Shown piece by piece: positions 20,865 through 32,493 of a DNA stretch of 64,000 bases (the first letter of the stretch is position 1; every line of letters begins with the position of its first letter). This DNA comes from an uncultured delta proteobacterium (GTDB taxonomy: Bacteria > Desulfobacterota > Binatia > JACPRU01). Under the pieces are notes generated by a model, which saw only the letters and a program-made list of their open reading frames with translations, did no database searches and was not told the origin of the DNA. Location of the stretch: assembly GCA_963745025.1 (NCBI GenBank), contig CAVUWD010000009.1, positions 15,826 to 79,825 of the forward strand, written 5' to 3'. Position numbers and translations under genes: made by a program.

Positions 20865-21302
20865 TCACGCCCGCTCCTCCCCGATCGAGCACGCGTAGCG
20901 TCGACCGCCGGCACGAAAGCCGACGTGGTCGAGGAAGCGCTCCGCGGCCTCGTCCGTCGGCCGCGCTTCGAAGACGCGAACGCCGCGGCGCCGTGCGCGA
21001 GCGATCGCGAACTCGAGAAGCCGCCGGCCGATCCCCGCCCCGCGCCGGCCAGGGTGGACCACGAGCTCCTCGAGCATCGCGCGCTGACCTCCGAGCGGGA
21101 GCGCCCGAACGTAGCTCACCGCCACCATCCCGATCGGCGTTCCACCGTCGTACGCGACGTAGAGGTCGTAGGCGAGGTCGGAGACCGTCCTGCGAAACAA
21201 TCGTACGGATCGTGGGGGGCTCTGCTCGACCATCGGCCACGAGCAAAGCGCGGAAAGCGCCTCGTAATCGGTGCGCCGCCCGCGCCGAATGCGGATCTCC
21301 AT
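20865..21302 (-). CDS. GNAT family N-acetyltransferase
   Basis: LVVHPGRRGAGIG acetyl-CoA motif. Confidence 0.85.
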   Translation of the reverse strand: MEIRIRRGRRTDYEALSALCSWPMVEQSPPRSVRLFRRTVSDLAYDLYVAYDGGTPIGMVAVSYVRALPLGGQRAMLEELVVHPGRRGAGIGRRLLEFAIARARRRGVRVFEARPTDEAAERFLDHVGFRAGGRRYACSIGEERA

Positions 21303-21311
21303 GGCTTCGGG

Positions 21312-21989
21312 CTAAGAATCGCCGGAGCTCGGTCGGAACATCTCGTCGCGGACCGATCCGCTGTCGAAGGCCGTACGCAGCGCCGGGTACTCGCGGCGGA
21401 ACGCCTCCATGATCTCGTCGAATGGTAACTCGGCGAACGAGCCGCGATCGCGCACGTACTCCATGTGCTTGCGGTTTTGCGCGTCGAAGGGATGGAAGAT
21501 CGAATCGTGACGCCCGCTGAACTCGAGCGGCCGAACGCCGAATCGCTCGCAGAGCGAGAGGTTGAATACGGGCGTCGCCTTCACCCATTGCCCGTCGAGA
21601 AAGAGCTCGGTGAAGCCGTGATAGACGAAGACATCACTCCCCATCACCTCGCGGAGCTTCGGGCTGGCCAGATGGTTCCGCACGTCGGCAAAGCCGAGCC
21701 GGCTCGGCACGCCGACGGCGCGCGCCGCGGCGGCCATCAGGGTCGATTTCTGGATGCAGTACGCAGCAGGAAGCGTCGCGACCGTGCTCGCTCGGTAGCG
21801 ATGTGGGTCGGCGCTCATCGCGTACGGATCGTAGCGGATGCCATCGCGGACGGCGTAGTAGAGCGCGACGGCCTTGTCGATGTCGCTCGCGCGATCGCCC
21901 ACCGCGCGCTCGGCCAATTCGCGCACAGGAGCCGAATCGCTGTCGAGAAACCAGGTCGGGCGCAGGAACGGTGCTTGATCCTCCATCAT
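21312..21989 (-). CDS. Transglutaminase-like family protein
   Basis: VRDGIRYDPY, YCIQKS, HGFTE, WVKATP motifs. Confidence 0.88.
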   Translation of the reverse strand: MMEDQAPFLRPTWFLDSDSAPVRELAERAVGDRASDIDKAVALYYAVRDGIRYDPYAMSADPHRYRASTVATLPAAYCIQKSTLMAAAARAVGVPSRLGFADVRNHLASPKLREVMGSDVFVYHGFTELFLDGQWVKATPVFNLSLCERFGVRPLEFSGRHDSIFHPFDAQNRKHMEYVRDRGSFAELPFDEIMEAFRREYPALRTAFDSGSVRDEMFRPSSGDS

Positions 21990-22068
21990 GCCAACATCGC
22001 CCAAGCCGCCGCTCGACTCAACCCGGCTCGGAGTGTGGTAGCCGGCGAAGCGCATGGAAGCGCTTCGC

Positions 22069-22926
22069 TCATGCCACACCGTGCGCTTCGAACCACGAGA
22101 GAAGCCTCTTCCACCCGTCGCTCGCGGCTTCCTTCTGATAGGAGCTTCGGTAGTCGGCGTGAAATCCGTGCGGGGCATCCGGATAAACGACGATCTCGCA
22201 CGGCTTCTGCGCCGCGCGCAACGCCTGCCGCATGCGTTCGACCGTCTCCAGCGGGATCCCCGGGTCCGCTCCACCGTAAAGGCCGAGCACCGGGGCGTGA
22301 AGGGAGCCGGCGAGGTCGAGCGGGTTCTTCGGGTGAAGCTCGTCGAGGTCCCCGACGAGTCGTCCGTACCAGGCCACACCCGCCTTCAGATTCGGATTGT
22401 GTGCCGCATAGAGCCACACGATCCGACCGCCCCAGCAAAATCCGGTGATGCCGAGCTTGTCGGTTTCTCCGTCGCCCGATTTCTTCACCCAGGCGACGGT
22501 GGCATCGAGATCTTCCATCACCTGACGATCCGGCACCTTGGATACCACCCGCGAGACGATTTGCTGGATATCGGAGAGCTTGGAAACGTCTCCCTGCCGA
22601 GCATAGAGCTCCGGCGCGAGCGCGAGATAACCGCGCTTCGCCAAGCGCCGGCAGACGTCCTTGATGTGCTCGTGAACGCCGAAGATCTCCTGCACGACGA
22701 GGACGACCGGAGGGGATTTGGCGGAAGCCGGCCTTGCCCGGTATGCCGGGATCGCTCCGTCGGCGACGGGGATCTTCACCCCCCCGGCCTCGAGGTCTAG
22801 CGCGTCGGTGGCGATCGTCTCCGCGCGCACCGGACGCACCGCGAGGGCAAACCCCGCGGACAACGTCGTCACCAGGAACCTTCGCCGGCCGTACTCGTGT
22901 CCGGGCTTCGCGACCGAATTCGCCAT
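22069..22926 (-). CDS. Dienelactone hydrolase family protein with Tat signal
   Basis: GRRRFL Tat motif, [24 protein letters not shown]. Confidence 0.94.
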   Translation of the reverse strand: MANSVAKPGHEYGRRRFLVTTLSAGFALAVRPVRAETIATDALDLEAGGVKIPVADGAIPAYRARPASAKSPPVVLVVQEIFGVHEHIKDVCRRLAKRGYLALAPELYARQGDVSKLSDIQQIVSRVVSKVPDRQVMEDLDATVAWVKKSGDGETDKLGITGFCWGGRIVWLYAAHNPNLKAGVAWYGRLVGDLDELHPKNPLDLAGSLHAPVLGLYGGADPGIPLETVERMRQALRAAQKPCEIVVYPDAPHGFHADYRSSYQKEAASDGWKRLLSWFEAHGVA

Positions 22927-23086
22927 CTCCCTGAGGCCTCCTGCACGACTCTTAGACCAGGGGTGCGAGCATGTTCAATGCGGCATTCGCCATAGGTTAC
23001 GCCGCGCGCGGCTACTGTTCCACCGATCCAGAAACACTCCTCTATACGACGATCAATTTTGGCACGCTTAGACTGCAGCAGGCCGC

Positions 23087-23112
23087 CCAAATTCCCATCA
23101 ATGGGACTTTGG
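23087..23112. promoter_or_regulatory. Imperfect palindrome, candidate operator between divergent genes
   Basis: CCAAA-T-TCCCAT-CA-ATGGGA-C-TTTGG in an AT-richer divergent spacer. Confidence 0.45.
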
Positions 23113-23196
23113 CTCCTCCCTCGGCAACATATTCCCGCTCCGGCCTTTCGCCGGCGAGCAACCTCCACGGGTCGTGCTAACTTAACTTCGTCAGCG

Positions 23197-24501
23197 ATGG
23201 ACGAGATCACGGTCACCATCGATTCCCTGGCCTACGGCATCTTCGGCGTCGCGCGCACCGACCACGGCGTCGTGTTCGTTCCCGGTGTCGCGCCCGGAGA
23301 GGTCGTCCGCGTGCGCATCGTCGAGGACAAGCGCGACTATCGAGAGGCCGAGCTTCTCGAGATTCTCGAGCCCTCACCCGCGCGCCGGATACCGCCTTGC
23401 CCGTATGTCCCGGAGTGTGGCGGCTGCGCCTGGCAGCATCTCGACTACCCGGCCCAGCTCGAGGCCAAGGAGTCGATCCTGCGGCAAACACTCGCGCGCA
23501 TCGGCGGTTTCGACGGCGCCTCGCTCGACGTCCGTCCGATCCTCGCGTCGCCGCAATGGGCATACCGTCATCGGCTGACGCTCCGCGTGGATGGGGAGCA
23601 GCGCCTGGGTTTCTACCAACACCGGTCGCACCGGTTGGTCGAGATCGCCGGCTGCCAGATTGCGGATGAAGCCGTGAACGCCCATCTCGGCGTCGCCCGC
23701 GAGTGGCTGCGCGGAGTGTCGACTACGGTGCGCCGCCTCGAGATCGCCTCGGCGCGAGACCGGCGCGTCGTTTTCGTCGGCAATGCCGAAGGCGCCTTTC
23801 GCCACGACGACGCCTACCACGAGAAGTTTCTGCGCGCTCACCCGACGGTCGGCGGGATCGTGCTCTTCGGCAAGGGCTGGCGGCGCACGTTCGGCAAGCC
23901 GGTCGTCGATCTCGAGATCGACGGTGACCTCGTCCTCGAGAGCCAGGGCGGGTTCACCCAGGTGAATCCGCAGGCGAACCGCCGATTGGTCGAGACGGTG
24001 CTCGACCTCGCCGCGCCGAACGAGCGGGATCGCGTCCTCGATCTCTACTGCGGGGCCGGCAACTTCACGCTGCCGCTCGCGCGTCGGGTCCGCGAGGTGC
24101 TCGGCGTGGAAGCCGATCCCGCGAGCGTCGCCCAGGCGCGCCGCAACGCCGACCGCTCTCGGCTGACGAACTGCCGCTTCGTGGAGCGGGAGTCGGGAGC
24201 CGCCGCACGCGGGCTCGCCGCTTCCCGCGACCGCTTCTCGCTCGTCGTCCTCGACCCGCCCCGCTCTGGCGCCCCGGACGTCGTCGAGCATCTCCCCGCG
24301 CTGGCCAGCGATCGACTGGTCTACGTTTCCTGCAATCCCGCGACACTCGCCCGCGATCTCCGCCGCCTCACCCGGCTCGGCTTCACGCTCGGCCCCATCC
24401 AGCCGATCGATCTCTTCCCGCAGACCTACCACGTCGAGGCGGTGGTCCGCCTCGACCGCGACGCCGCGCCTCCGGCTTTGCCGGTCGCCGGTCGCGGGTA
24501 A
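23197..24501 (+). CDS. rlmD: 23S rRNA (uracil-C5)-methyltransferase RlmD/RumA
   Basis: TRAM domain, CPYVPECGGC Fe-S motif, FTQVN, DLYCGAGNF, DPPR, YVSCNP, DLFPQT. Confidence 0.92.
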   Translation: MDEITVTIDSLAYGIFGVARTDHGVVFVPGVAPGEVVRVRIVEDKRDYREAELLEILEPSPARRIPPCPYVPECGGCAWQHLDYPAQLEAKESILRQTLARIGGFDGASLDVRPILASPQWAYRHRLTLRVDGEQRLGFYQHRSHRLVEIAGCQIADEAVNAHLGVAREWLRGVSTTVRRLEIASARDRRVVFVGNAEGAFRHDDAYHEKFLRAHPTVGGIVLFGKGWRRTFGKPVVDLEIDGDLVLESQGGFTQVNPQANRRLVETVLDLAAPNERDRVLDLYCGAGNFTLPLARRVREVLGVEADPASVAQARRNADRSRLTNCRFVERESGAAARGLAASRDRFSLVVLDPPRSGAPDVVEHLPALASDRLVYVSCNPATLARDLRRLTRLGFTLGPIQPIDLFPQTYHVEAVVRLDRDAAPPALPVAGRG

Positions 24502-24508
24502 CCGTCTT

Positions 24509-25703
<1,195 letters not shown>

Positions 25704-25824
25704 TCTCCACCTCCGTGAAAACGTTGTTCACCCCCGACCCGCCCCACCCAATCGTCTTCGAGTCGCCGGACCACCCGGCGGCTCGTCGGTAGCCTCTCGC
25801 AGTCACAACGCCGCTTCCGCATCA

Positions 25825-27072
25825 TCAGAAGATCTCTCGAAACAGCTCGTTCACGCGGTGCCGCATACGGGTCCAGAAATGTCCGCCGTGGTTCCCGTTG
25901 GCGGCCGAGCGACGAAGTCCGTAGAGGATGAGCCCGACGCCGGTCGCATACATCGGGCTCGACACGACGTCGGCGAGCCCACCCACGGACAGCGGAACAC
26001 CGAGGCGGACGGGCAGATGGAAGACCTGCTCGGCGAGCTCGGGAACGCCTTCGAGCACCGTCGACCCGCCGGTCACGACGACTCCCGAGCCGAGGATGTC
26101 CTCGTAGCCCGAGCGCGCCACCTCGCGCGCCACCAGCGCGAAGATCTCCTCGACGCGCGGCTCGATGATCTCGGCGAGGATGTGCCGCGACAGGACCCGC
26201 GGGCTGCGGCCGCCGACGCTCGGCACCTCGATGGTCTCGGTCCGCGCCACCATGTTGGAGAGCGCGCAGCCGAAGCGCTGCTTGATCTTCTCCGCATCGG
26301 CGAACGGCGTGCGGAGCCCGGTGGCGATGTCGTTGGTCAGATGGTTGCCGCCGATCGGCAGCACTGCCGTGTGCTTCACCGCGCCGTTGTGGAACACCAC
26401 GATGTCGGTCGTCCCGCCGCCGACGTCGACCAAGGCGACGCCGAGCTCCCGCTCCTCCGGCGTGACCACCGCCTCGGCCGCCGCAAGCGGCTCGAGCACG
26501 AGGTCGGCGACGTGCAGTCCGCTTCGCTCGCAGCACTTGACGACGTTCTGGGTCGAGGTGACCGAGGCCGTGATGATGTGCACCTTGGATTCGAGCCGCA
26601 CGCCGGCCATGCCGATCGGCTGCTTGATGCCATCCTGATCGTCGACCACGAACTCCTGGGGCAGCACGTGCACGACCTGCCGATCCATCGGCAACGCGAC
26701 GGCCCGCGCGGCGTCGAGCACTCGCTCGACGTCGCCGGAGCTCACCTCGGTCGCCTTCACGGCGACGACGCCGTGGCTGTTGAAACCCTTCACGTGCGCG
26801 CCGGCGATGCCCGTGTAGACACTGTGGATCTCGCAGCCGGCCATCAGCTCGGCTTCCGCGACGGCCTTGCGAATCGACTCGACCGTGGCGTCGATGTTGA
26901 CGACCACTCCCTTGCGAAGGCCGCTCGACGGCGCGGTACCGATGCCGACGATCTCCACGCCTCGGCCACCATTACCGACCCCGGCCCCGTTCTCGCCGAT
27001 CTCGGCCACGACCGCCGAGATCTTGTACGTGCCGATGTCGAGACCAACGATCAGAGGAGAACGCTTCGCCAT
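25825..27072 (-). CDS. ftsA: Cell division protein FtsA
   Basis: GLDIGTYK, GLRKGVVVNI, VDVGGGTT, AEKIK; dcw position. Confidence 0.97.
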   Translation of the reverse strand: MAKRSPLIVGLDIGTYKISAVVAEIGENGAGVGNGGRGVEIVGIGTAPSSGLRKGVVVNIDATVESIRKAVAEAELMAGCEIHSVYTGIAGAHVKGFNSHGVVAVKATEVSSGDVERVLDAARAVALPMDRQVVHVLPQEFVVDDQDGIKQPIGMAGVRLESKVHIITASVTSTQNVVKCCERSGLHVADLVLEPLAAAEAVVTPEERELGVALVDVGGGTTDIVVFHNGAVKHTAVLPIGGNHLTNDIATGLRTPFADAEKIKQRFGCALSNMVARTETIEVPSVGGRSPRVLSRHILAEIIEPRVEEIFALVAREVARSGYEDILGSGVVVTGGSTVLEGVPELAEQVFHLPVRLGVPLSVGGLADVVSSPMYATGVGLILYGLRRSAANGNHGGHFWTRMRHRVNELFREIF

Positions 27073-27073
27073 C

Positions 27074-28000
27074 TCAAATGACCGTCTTTCCGAGCACCCT
27101 CGGGCTTCTCGCCGCTGACGAGAGGTCGGCGCGGAGGATCCGAGCATCCCGTCCGCCGTTCGGATGCGAACGCGGCCGACCGATTGGGGGGCCCGCTACG
27201 CGGGCCGGAGCCAGGTGAGCGGGCGCCGCCTTGCTGCGGCGCTGCAGCTTCAGCACCGCCTGTCCCGGCAGCGAGAGATCGATCGCCGCGACCTGCGCTT
27301 CTCGGCCGCGCCAGAGCTCCAGCACCGCCGCGAGTCGGGCGAAGTCCTCCGCCTTCGCTTCGGTCGCGAAGCGCACCGCCAGCCGGGTGCCGGCCGCGAA
27401 CACCACCAATTCCTCTCCGTCGAGGCGGATTTCGGAAATCGCCGGCCACTCCGCATGCGCCTGCCAGAGCGCGACCAGCCGCGCAGCCTCGCGGAGCCGG
27501 TTGCCGCCGTCCGAGGAGGCCCGTTCCATTGCGGAAACGCCCGTGACGTAGGGCAGCCCATCGACCGCTTCGCCGTCGAGAGCCGGGAAGACCGCTCCGT
27601 CGCCCGCCACAAGGAGCGGACGATTGGCGAGGAGAATCGCCACAGGGCGACGCTCTTCCACGTGGACGCGGACCCGGTTCGGCAGCGTACGCTCGAGCGA
27701 CGCTTCGCGAATGCGCGGGTGGGCGAGCAGACGTCCCTCCGCTTCGGTCGCGTGCACGCTCCAGATGCTCATCCCTGGGGCAAGCCCTGCCCACGCGACG
27801 AGCGTCTTCGGATCAACGCGACCGCCCGCCGCGACATCGATCTCGCGCAGCGCGAAGTAGGGATGGGCCTTGGCCCAGGCGAGCGCTCGCTCGGCGGCAA
27901 CGGCCGCGGCGCCCAACGCGACGAGCGCGAGGAGCCCCCGCGCCGTTCCGCGCAGAACGGCGATTCCGAGGCGAGTTCCGCGTCGACGGTTCTTCTTCAC
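27074..28000 (-). CDS. ftsQ: Cell division protein FtsQ/DivIB
   Basis: TM + POTRA (HPRIREASLERTLPNRVRVHVEERRP), IDL beta-domain end; between ddl and ftsA. Confidence 0.9.
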   Translation of the reverse strand: MKKNRRRGTRLGIAVLRGTARGLLALVALGAAAVAAERALAWAKAHPYFALREIDVAAGGRVDPKTLVAWAGLAPGMSIWSVHATEAEGRLLAHPRIREASLERTLPNRVRVHVEERRPVAILLANRPLLVAGDGAVFPALDGEAVDGLPYVTGVSAMERASSDGGNRLREAARLVALWQAHAEWPAISEIRLDGEELVVFAAGTRLAVRFATEAKAEDFARLAAVLELWRGREAQVAAIDLSLPGQAVLKLQRRSKAAPAHLAPARVAGPPIGRPRSHPNGGRDARILRADLSSAARSPRVLGKTVI

Positions 28001-28941
28001 GGGTTCTGCGACTCCTTCAGCTTGACGCTCGCCCCGTCGAGGATCGTCTCCACGAGGTCGGGGTAGGCGATGCCGACGTGCACCGCCATCTTCGGCAAGT
28101 AGGAGAGATTGGTCAGCCCGGGGAGAGTGTTGATCTCGATCAGGAACGGACTCTCGTGCGCGTCGACGCGGAAATCCACGCGCGAATAGCTCTCCGCGCC
28201 GATCGCGCGATGTGCCTCGAGGGCGAGCTCCAGGACGCGGTCGTATGCCCGCTTCGACAGCGGCGCGGGAAGCAGGAACTGCTCCTTGCCGGGTATGTAT
28301 TTGACGTCGTAGCTGTGGAAGTCGCCCTCGGGCACGACCTCCATCGCGCAGAGCGCACGCGTGCCGAGGATCGCGACCGTCACTTCCTTTCCCGCGACGT
28401 AACGCTCGACGAGCACCCGGCCACCAAACGCGCGGGCTTTGGTGATCGCCGACAAGAGCCTCGGTCGCTCGCGCACGATCGACACCCCGATACTCGAGCC
28501 TTCTGCACCCGGCTTGACCACCAGCGGCAGCTTCGCGGGCAGCGCAATGGAAGCGCCGATCGTCTCGCCGGGATCGACCGGCCGCCATTCCGGCGTGGGC
28601 AAGCCGACGCTCTGCCACACTCGCTTGCAGGCGATCTTGTCCATGCCGAGCGCGCTCGCCAGCACCCCGGATCCGGTGTACGGGATGCCCATCACCTCGA
28701 GCAGGCCCTGCACGCATCCGTCCTCGCCGTAGCGTCCGTGCAGCGCGTTGAAGACGACGTCGATGCGAGCCGTGGCGAGCCGCGCGGGAAGATCGTGCCC
28801 CGCGCGGATCACCGAGACGTTGTAGCCGCGCTCCGAGAGCACGCGCGCGACCGACTCGCCCGTCATCTGCGAGATTTCACGCTCGGCCGACATCCCGCCG
28901 AGGACCACCGCCACCCGCTTGCGTCGAAATTGACCTCTCAC
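27997..28941 (-). CDS. ddl: D-alanine--D-alanine ligase
   Basis: GGMSAEREIS, LHGRYGEDG, GSSIGV, EINTLPG. Confidence 0.97.
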   Translation of the reverse strand: MRGQFRRKRVAVVLGGMSAEREISQMTGESVARVLSERGYNVSVIRAGHDLPARLATARIDVVFNALHGRYGEDGCVQGLLEVMGIPYTGSGVLASALGMDKIACKRVWQSVGLPTPEWRPVDPGETIGASIALPAKLPLVVKPGAEGSSIGVSIVRERPRLLSAITKARAFGGRVLVERYVAGKEVTVAILGTRALCAMEVVPEGDFHSYDVKYIPGKEQFLLPAPLSKRAYDRVLELALEAHRAIGAESYSRVDFRVDAHESPFLIEINTLPGLTNLSYLPKMAVHVGIAYPDLVETILDGASVKLKESQNP

Positions 28942-29900
28942 CAGTCCCCCACGAGCTTCACTTCCGCCTGAAGCCGGATCCCCGAGCGCGCGCCGACGCG
29001 CTCGCGCATCTCCTCCATGAGCGAGCGCACATCTTCGGCCGTTGCGCCGCCCTGGTTGACGATGAAGTTCGCATGCCGCTCCGAAACTCGCGCGCCGCCG
29101 CGCTCGAGACCCTTGACGCCCGCTTCCTCCAGCAGATGTCCCGCGAAGGCACCCGGCGGATTCTTGAAGATCGAGCCGGCGTTGGGAAAGCCGAGCGGTT
29201 GACCTTTCTTGCGCTTCTCGCGCGCGGCCGCGACACGGGCCTCCATTTCGGCGGCGTCGCCGCGATCGAGGCGCAAGCGGACTCCGGTGATGACCCAACC
29301 AGGCGGAAGCTCGAGCCTCCGGTATTCGAAGGCGAGCCGCGCGCGCGGTAGCTCTTCGATTCGCCCATCGGGATGAACGCCCTCGAGGCGTTCGACGACG
29401 CGCCCGATCTCGCCACCGAACGCGCCGGCGTTCATGGTGAGGCCGCCACCGAGCGAGCCGGGAATCCCTTCGCCGAACTCGAGGCCTGCGAAGCCCCGCT
29501 CGACGGCATCGTAGACGAGCCTCTTGAATGACACGGCCGCGCCGGCGCGGACGGTCGCCTGCTCGCCCATGACCGCCCACTCCACGAACCGAAAGCCGCG
29601 GCCGAGATGCACGACGATGCCGCGCACGCCACGATCGGAGACGAGCACGTTGGTCCCGCTGCCGAGGATGAACACTGGCAAGCCCGCGCCGGCGAGCGCG
29701 AAGAGGTCGGACAGCTCGCCGACACTCTCGACGTCGACCCATGCGTCGGCGGGGCCGCCGATGCGGAACGAGGTGTGCCGCGACAGCGGCTCGTCGAAGC
29801 GCGCCCGCGCGCCGAAGCGCTCGGCGAGCGCCGCGCGCAGCGTCGCGCCGAAGCGGGGGGCCGCTTCGGGCCCGTCTTGTCGGAGAACGACCGTCATCAT
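28938..29900 (-). CDS. murB: UDP-N-acetylenolpyruvoylglucosamine reductase
   Basis: HTSFRIGGPA, GSGTN, MNAGA, GSIFKNP, HANFIVN. Confidence 0.97.
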   Translation of the reverse strand: MMTVVLRQDGPEAAPRFGATLRAALAERFGARARFDEPLSRHTSFRIGGPADAWVDVESVGELSDLFALAGAGLPVFILGSGTNVLVSDRGVRGIVVHLGRGFRFVEWAVMGEQATVRAGAAVSFKRLVYDAVERGFAGLEFGEGIPGSLGGGLTMNAGAFGGEIGRVVERLEGVHPDGRIEELPRARLAFEYRRLELPPGWVITGVRLRLDRGDAAEMEARVAAAREKRKKGQPLGFPNAGSIFKNPPGAFAGHLLEEAGVKGLERGGARVSERHANFIVNQGGATAEDVRSLMEEMRERVGARSGIRLQAEVKLVGDW

Positions 29901-31294
29901 ACGACTCGCAACCCCGAGCCGCGGATCTTGAGCTTCTGCATGACCTCTTCGCCCGTTTTGGTGATGTCACCGGCGCCGAGCACTACGAGCAGGTCGCCGG
30001 GCCGCAGCGCCTCGAGGAGCGCCGCCGTGAGCGCTTCACGGTTCGGCCGATACTCGACGTCGAGGTGGCCGCGGCGGCGCAGCGCCTGGAAGAGCAATTC
30101 CCCCGAGACGCCTTCGATGCGCTCCTCCCCGGCCGGGTAGATCTCGGTCAGAAAAAGCTTCTCGGCGTCGTCGAAGGCGCTCAAGAAATCGTTGAAGAGG
30201 TCGCGCGTGCGCGTGAACCGGTGCGGCTGGAACGCCACGACGAGGCGGCGGTCGAAGCCCTCGCGCGCCGCGCGCAGCGTGGCGCGCACTTCCTCGGGAT
30301 GGTGACCGTAGTCGTCGACGACGAGGATGCTGCTCACCTCGCCGAGGACCTCGAAGCGGCGGTGGATGCCGCCGAACTGAGCGAGCGCCTGGCGCACGGT
30401 CGCGAACGAAACGCCGACCTCGCAGGCGGCGATCGCGGCCGCGAGCGCATTCAGCGCGTAATGGCGGCCGGGCATCTGCAGCTCGACCGGTCCGTAGCTC
30501 GTGTTGCCGTGGCGGACGTCGAAGCGCGTGACCAGGCCGTTGACCGACACGTTGCTGGCCACCCAGTCGGCGTCGGGGCTCGTGCCGTAGGTGACGTACG
30601 GCTTGCGCACCTGCGGCAGCAGCGCACGAACGCGCGGATGGTCCAGGCAAAGGATCGCCCGCCCGTAGAAGGGCACGCGGTGGATGAAGGAGAGAAACGC
30701 CTCCTCCACCGCCTCGATGGTGCGGAAGTGGTCGAGGTGCTCGGGGTCGATGTTGGTGACGATCGCAACCGTCGGCGAGAGCATGAGGAAGCTGCCGTCG
30801 CTCTCGTCGGCCTCGGCGACGAGAATCTTCCCCTGACCGAGCCGCGCGTTCGTGCCGAGCGCGCGAAGCTTGCCGCCGATGACGACCGTCGGATCGAGTC
30901 CGGCGCGCGCCAACACCTCGGCGATGAACGAAGTCGTCGTCGTCTTTCCGTGCGTCCCGGCCACGGCGATTCCGAACTTCATGCGCATCAGCTCCGCGAG
31001 CATCTCCGCCCGCGGAATCACCGGGATGCGCAGCTCGCGGGCACGCGCGACCTCGGGATTCGACATCTTGACCGCCGAGGAGATGACCACGACGTCGATC
31101 GCCTCTGGCACGTTCCCGGGGGAATGGCCGATCAGTACCGCCGCACCGAGCCTCGCGAGCCGCCGCGTGGTCTCCGAATCGGCCTGGTCGGAACCGCTGA
31201 CGATGTATCCCATGTTGAGGAGAACCTCGGCGATGCCGCTCATGCCGATGCCGCCGATGCCGACGAAGTGGACGTGGTGCTTCTTTTCGAACAT
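29897..31294 (-). CDS. murC: UDP-N-acetylmuramate--L-alanine ligase
   Basis: GIGGIGMSG, GTHGKTTTT, EADESD, DDYGHHP, FQPHR. Confidence 0.98.
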   Translation of the reverse strand: MFEKKHHVHFVGIGGIGMSGIAEVLLNMGYIVSGSDQADSETTRRLARLGAAVLIGHSPGNVPEAIDVVVISSAVKMSNPEVARARELRIPVIPRAEMLAELMRMKFGIAVAGTHGKTTTTSFIAEVLARAGLDPTVVIGGKLRALGTNARLGQGKILVAEADESDGSFLMLSPTVAIVTNIDPEHLDHFRTIEAVEEAFLSFIHRVPFYGRAILCLDHPRVRALLPQVRKPYVTYGTSPDADWVASNVSVNGLVTRFDVRHGNTSYGPVELQMPGRHYALNALAAAIAACEVGVSFATVRQALAQFGGIHRRFEVLGEVSSILVVDDYGHHPEEVRATLRAAREGFDRRLVVAFQPHRFTRTRDLFNDFLSAFDDAEKLFLTEIYPAGEERIEGVSGELLFQALRRRGHLDVEYRPNREALTAALLEALRPGDLLVVLGAGDITKTGEEVMQKLKIRGSGLRVV

Positions 31295-31296
31295 GT

Positions 31297-32400
31297 CTAC
31301 GCTGCGCCCCGCCGCTGGTTTTGGATCAGTTCCAGGCAGACGTCGACTACCCGTTCGGCCGCGTCCGGTCGCCCGAGGGTGCGCGCGGCGCGCGCCATCG
31401 CCGCGAGGCGCTCGGGCTCGGCGCGTAAACTTGCGAGCGCCTGCGAAAGATTTGCCGCGGAAAGCTCGCGATCGAGGATCATCATCGCCGCCCCGCGCGC
31501 GACCAGGGATTCCGCGTTCTTCCGCTGATGGTCATCCGCAGCGTACGGATAGGGCACCAGCAGGGCCGGCTTGCCGAGAGCGGTCAGCTCGGCGAGCGTC
31601 GTCGCGCCGGCGCGACAAACGACGACGTCGGCGGCAGCGTACGCCGTCGCCATATCATCGATAAACGGTCGCACGTCGGCCTCGATCTCGTGCTCGCCGT
31701 AGCGGCCTCGCACCGACTCGAAGTCCGCTTCCCCGGTCTGATGGACGATGTGGAGACCGCTCCGCTCGAGACGCGCCACCGCCTCGACGCCGATCTCGTT
31801 CAGGCGGTGGGCACCGGCGCTGCCGCCGAAGATCAGTATCGAGAAGCCTTCGCGTCGCTCGGCCCTCTGCTCCGCGGGTGGCCGCACCGGGTTTCCGGTC
31901 TGAATCGTATGATTCTTTGGGAAGTATTCCACGCTCTCGGGAAACGAAACGCAGACGCGGTCCGCGAAGTGCGCGAGCACCCGGTTGGTGAGGCCCGGGT
32001 GTGCGTTCTGCTCGAGGAGAACGATCGGGATTCGGCGCGACCGGCCGGCCACCACGACCGGTCCCGAAGCATAGCCTCCAACGCCGATCAGCAGGTCGGG
32101 CCGGATCTCGCCGAGCAGGCGCCAGGCCGAGATCAGGCTCCCCGGCAGCCGGAGCGCCGAACTCGCGAGCCCGAGGAGCCCCTGGCCGCGCAGGGCGCGA
32201 ACAGGCAGGGTCCGCAGGGGGTAGCCGCGCTTGGCGACCACGCGCGTCTCGATGCCGCGCGAGCTGCCGACGAAGACGACACGGGACGGCCTTCGCCGGA
32301 CGAGAACATCTGCAACCGCGAGCCCGGGGAAGAGATGGCCCCCCGTACCGCCGCCCGCGACGATCACGCGTAGAATCCCTTGATCATTGGCTTCGTTCAT
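31297..32400 (-). CDS. murG: Undecaprenyl-PP-MurNAc-pentapeptide GlcNAc transferase
   Basis: GGGTGGH, GGY, EQN, GNPVR, GGSAG, RAGATT, HQRKNA. Confidence 0.97.
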   Translation of the reverse strand: MNEANDQGILRVIVAGGGTGGHLFPGLAVADVLVRRRPSRVVFVGSSRGIETRVVAKRGYPLRTLPVRALRGQGLLGLASSALRLPGSLISAWRLLGEIRPDLLIGVGGYASGPVVVAGRSRRIPIVLLEQNAHPGLTNRVLAHFADRVCVSFPESVEYFPKNHTIQTGNPVRPPAEQRAERREGFSILIFGGSAGAHRLNEIGVEAVARLERSGLHIVHQTGEADFESVRGRYGEHEIEADVRPFIDDMATAYAAADVVVCRAGATTLAELTALGKPALLVPYPYAADDHQRKNAESLVARGAAMMILDRELSAANLSQALASLRAEPERLAAMARAARTLGRPDAAERVVDVCLELIQNQRRGAA

Positions 32401-32407
32401 TTTCCAG

Positions 32408-32482
32408 GGCAATCGGCATTCGGCCGCCAGGCCACCACCGCTCAACGACTTGCCGTACGCCGACAGCCGATTGCCGATTGCC
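32408..32482. repeat. Heptamer-unit palindromic element, divergent copy F, inside dcw operon
   Basis: GGCAATCGGCATTCGGC ... GCCGATTGCCGATTGCC arms (16/17 complementary) between ftsW and murG. Confidence 0.7.
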
Positions 32483-32493
32483 GAAAGAGTCTT

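Noticed and set aside
23060-23080. TGGCAC as a sigma-54 promoter before rlmD
   Set aside because: No GC at the required -12 position (GG-N10-CT)
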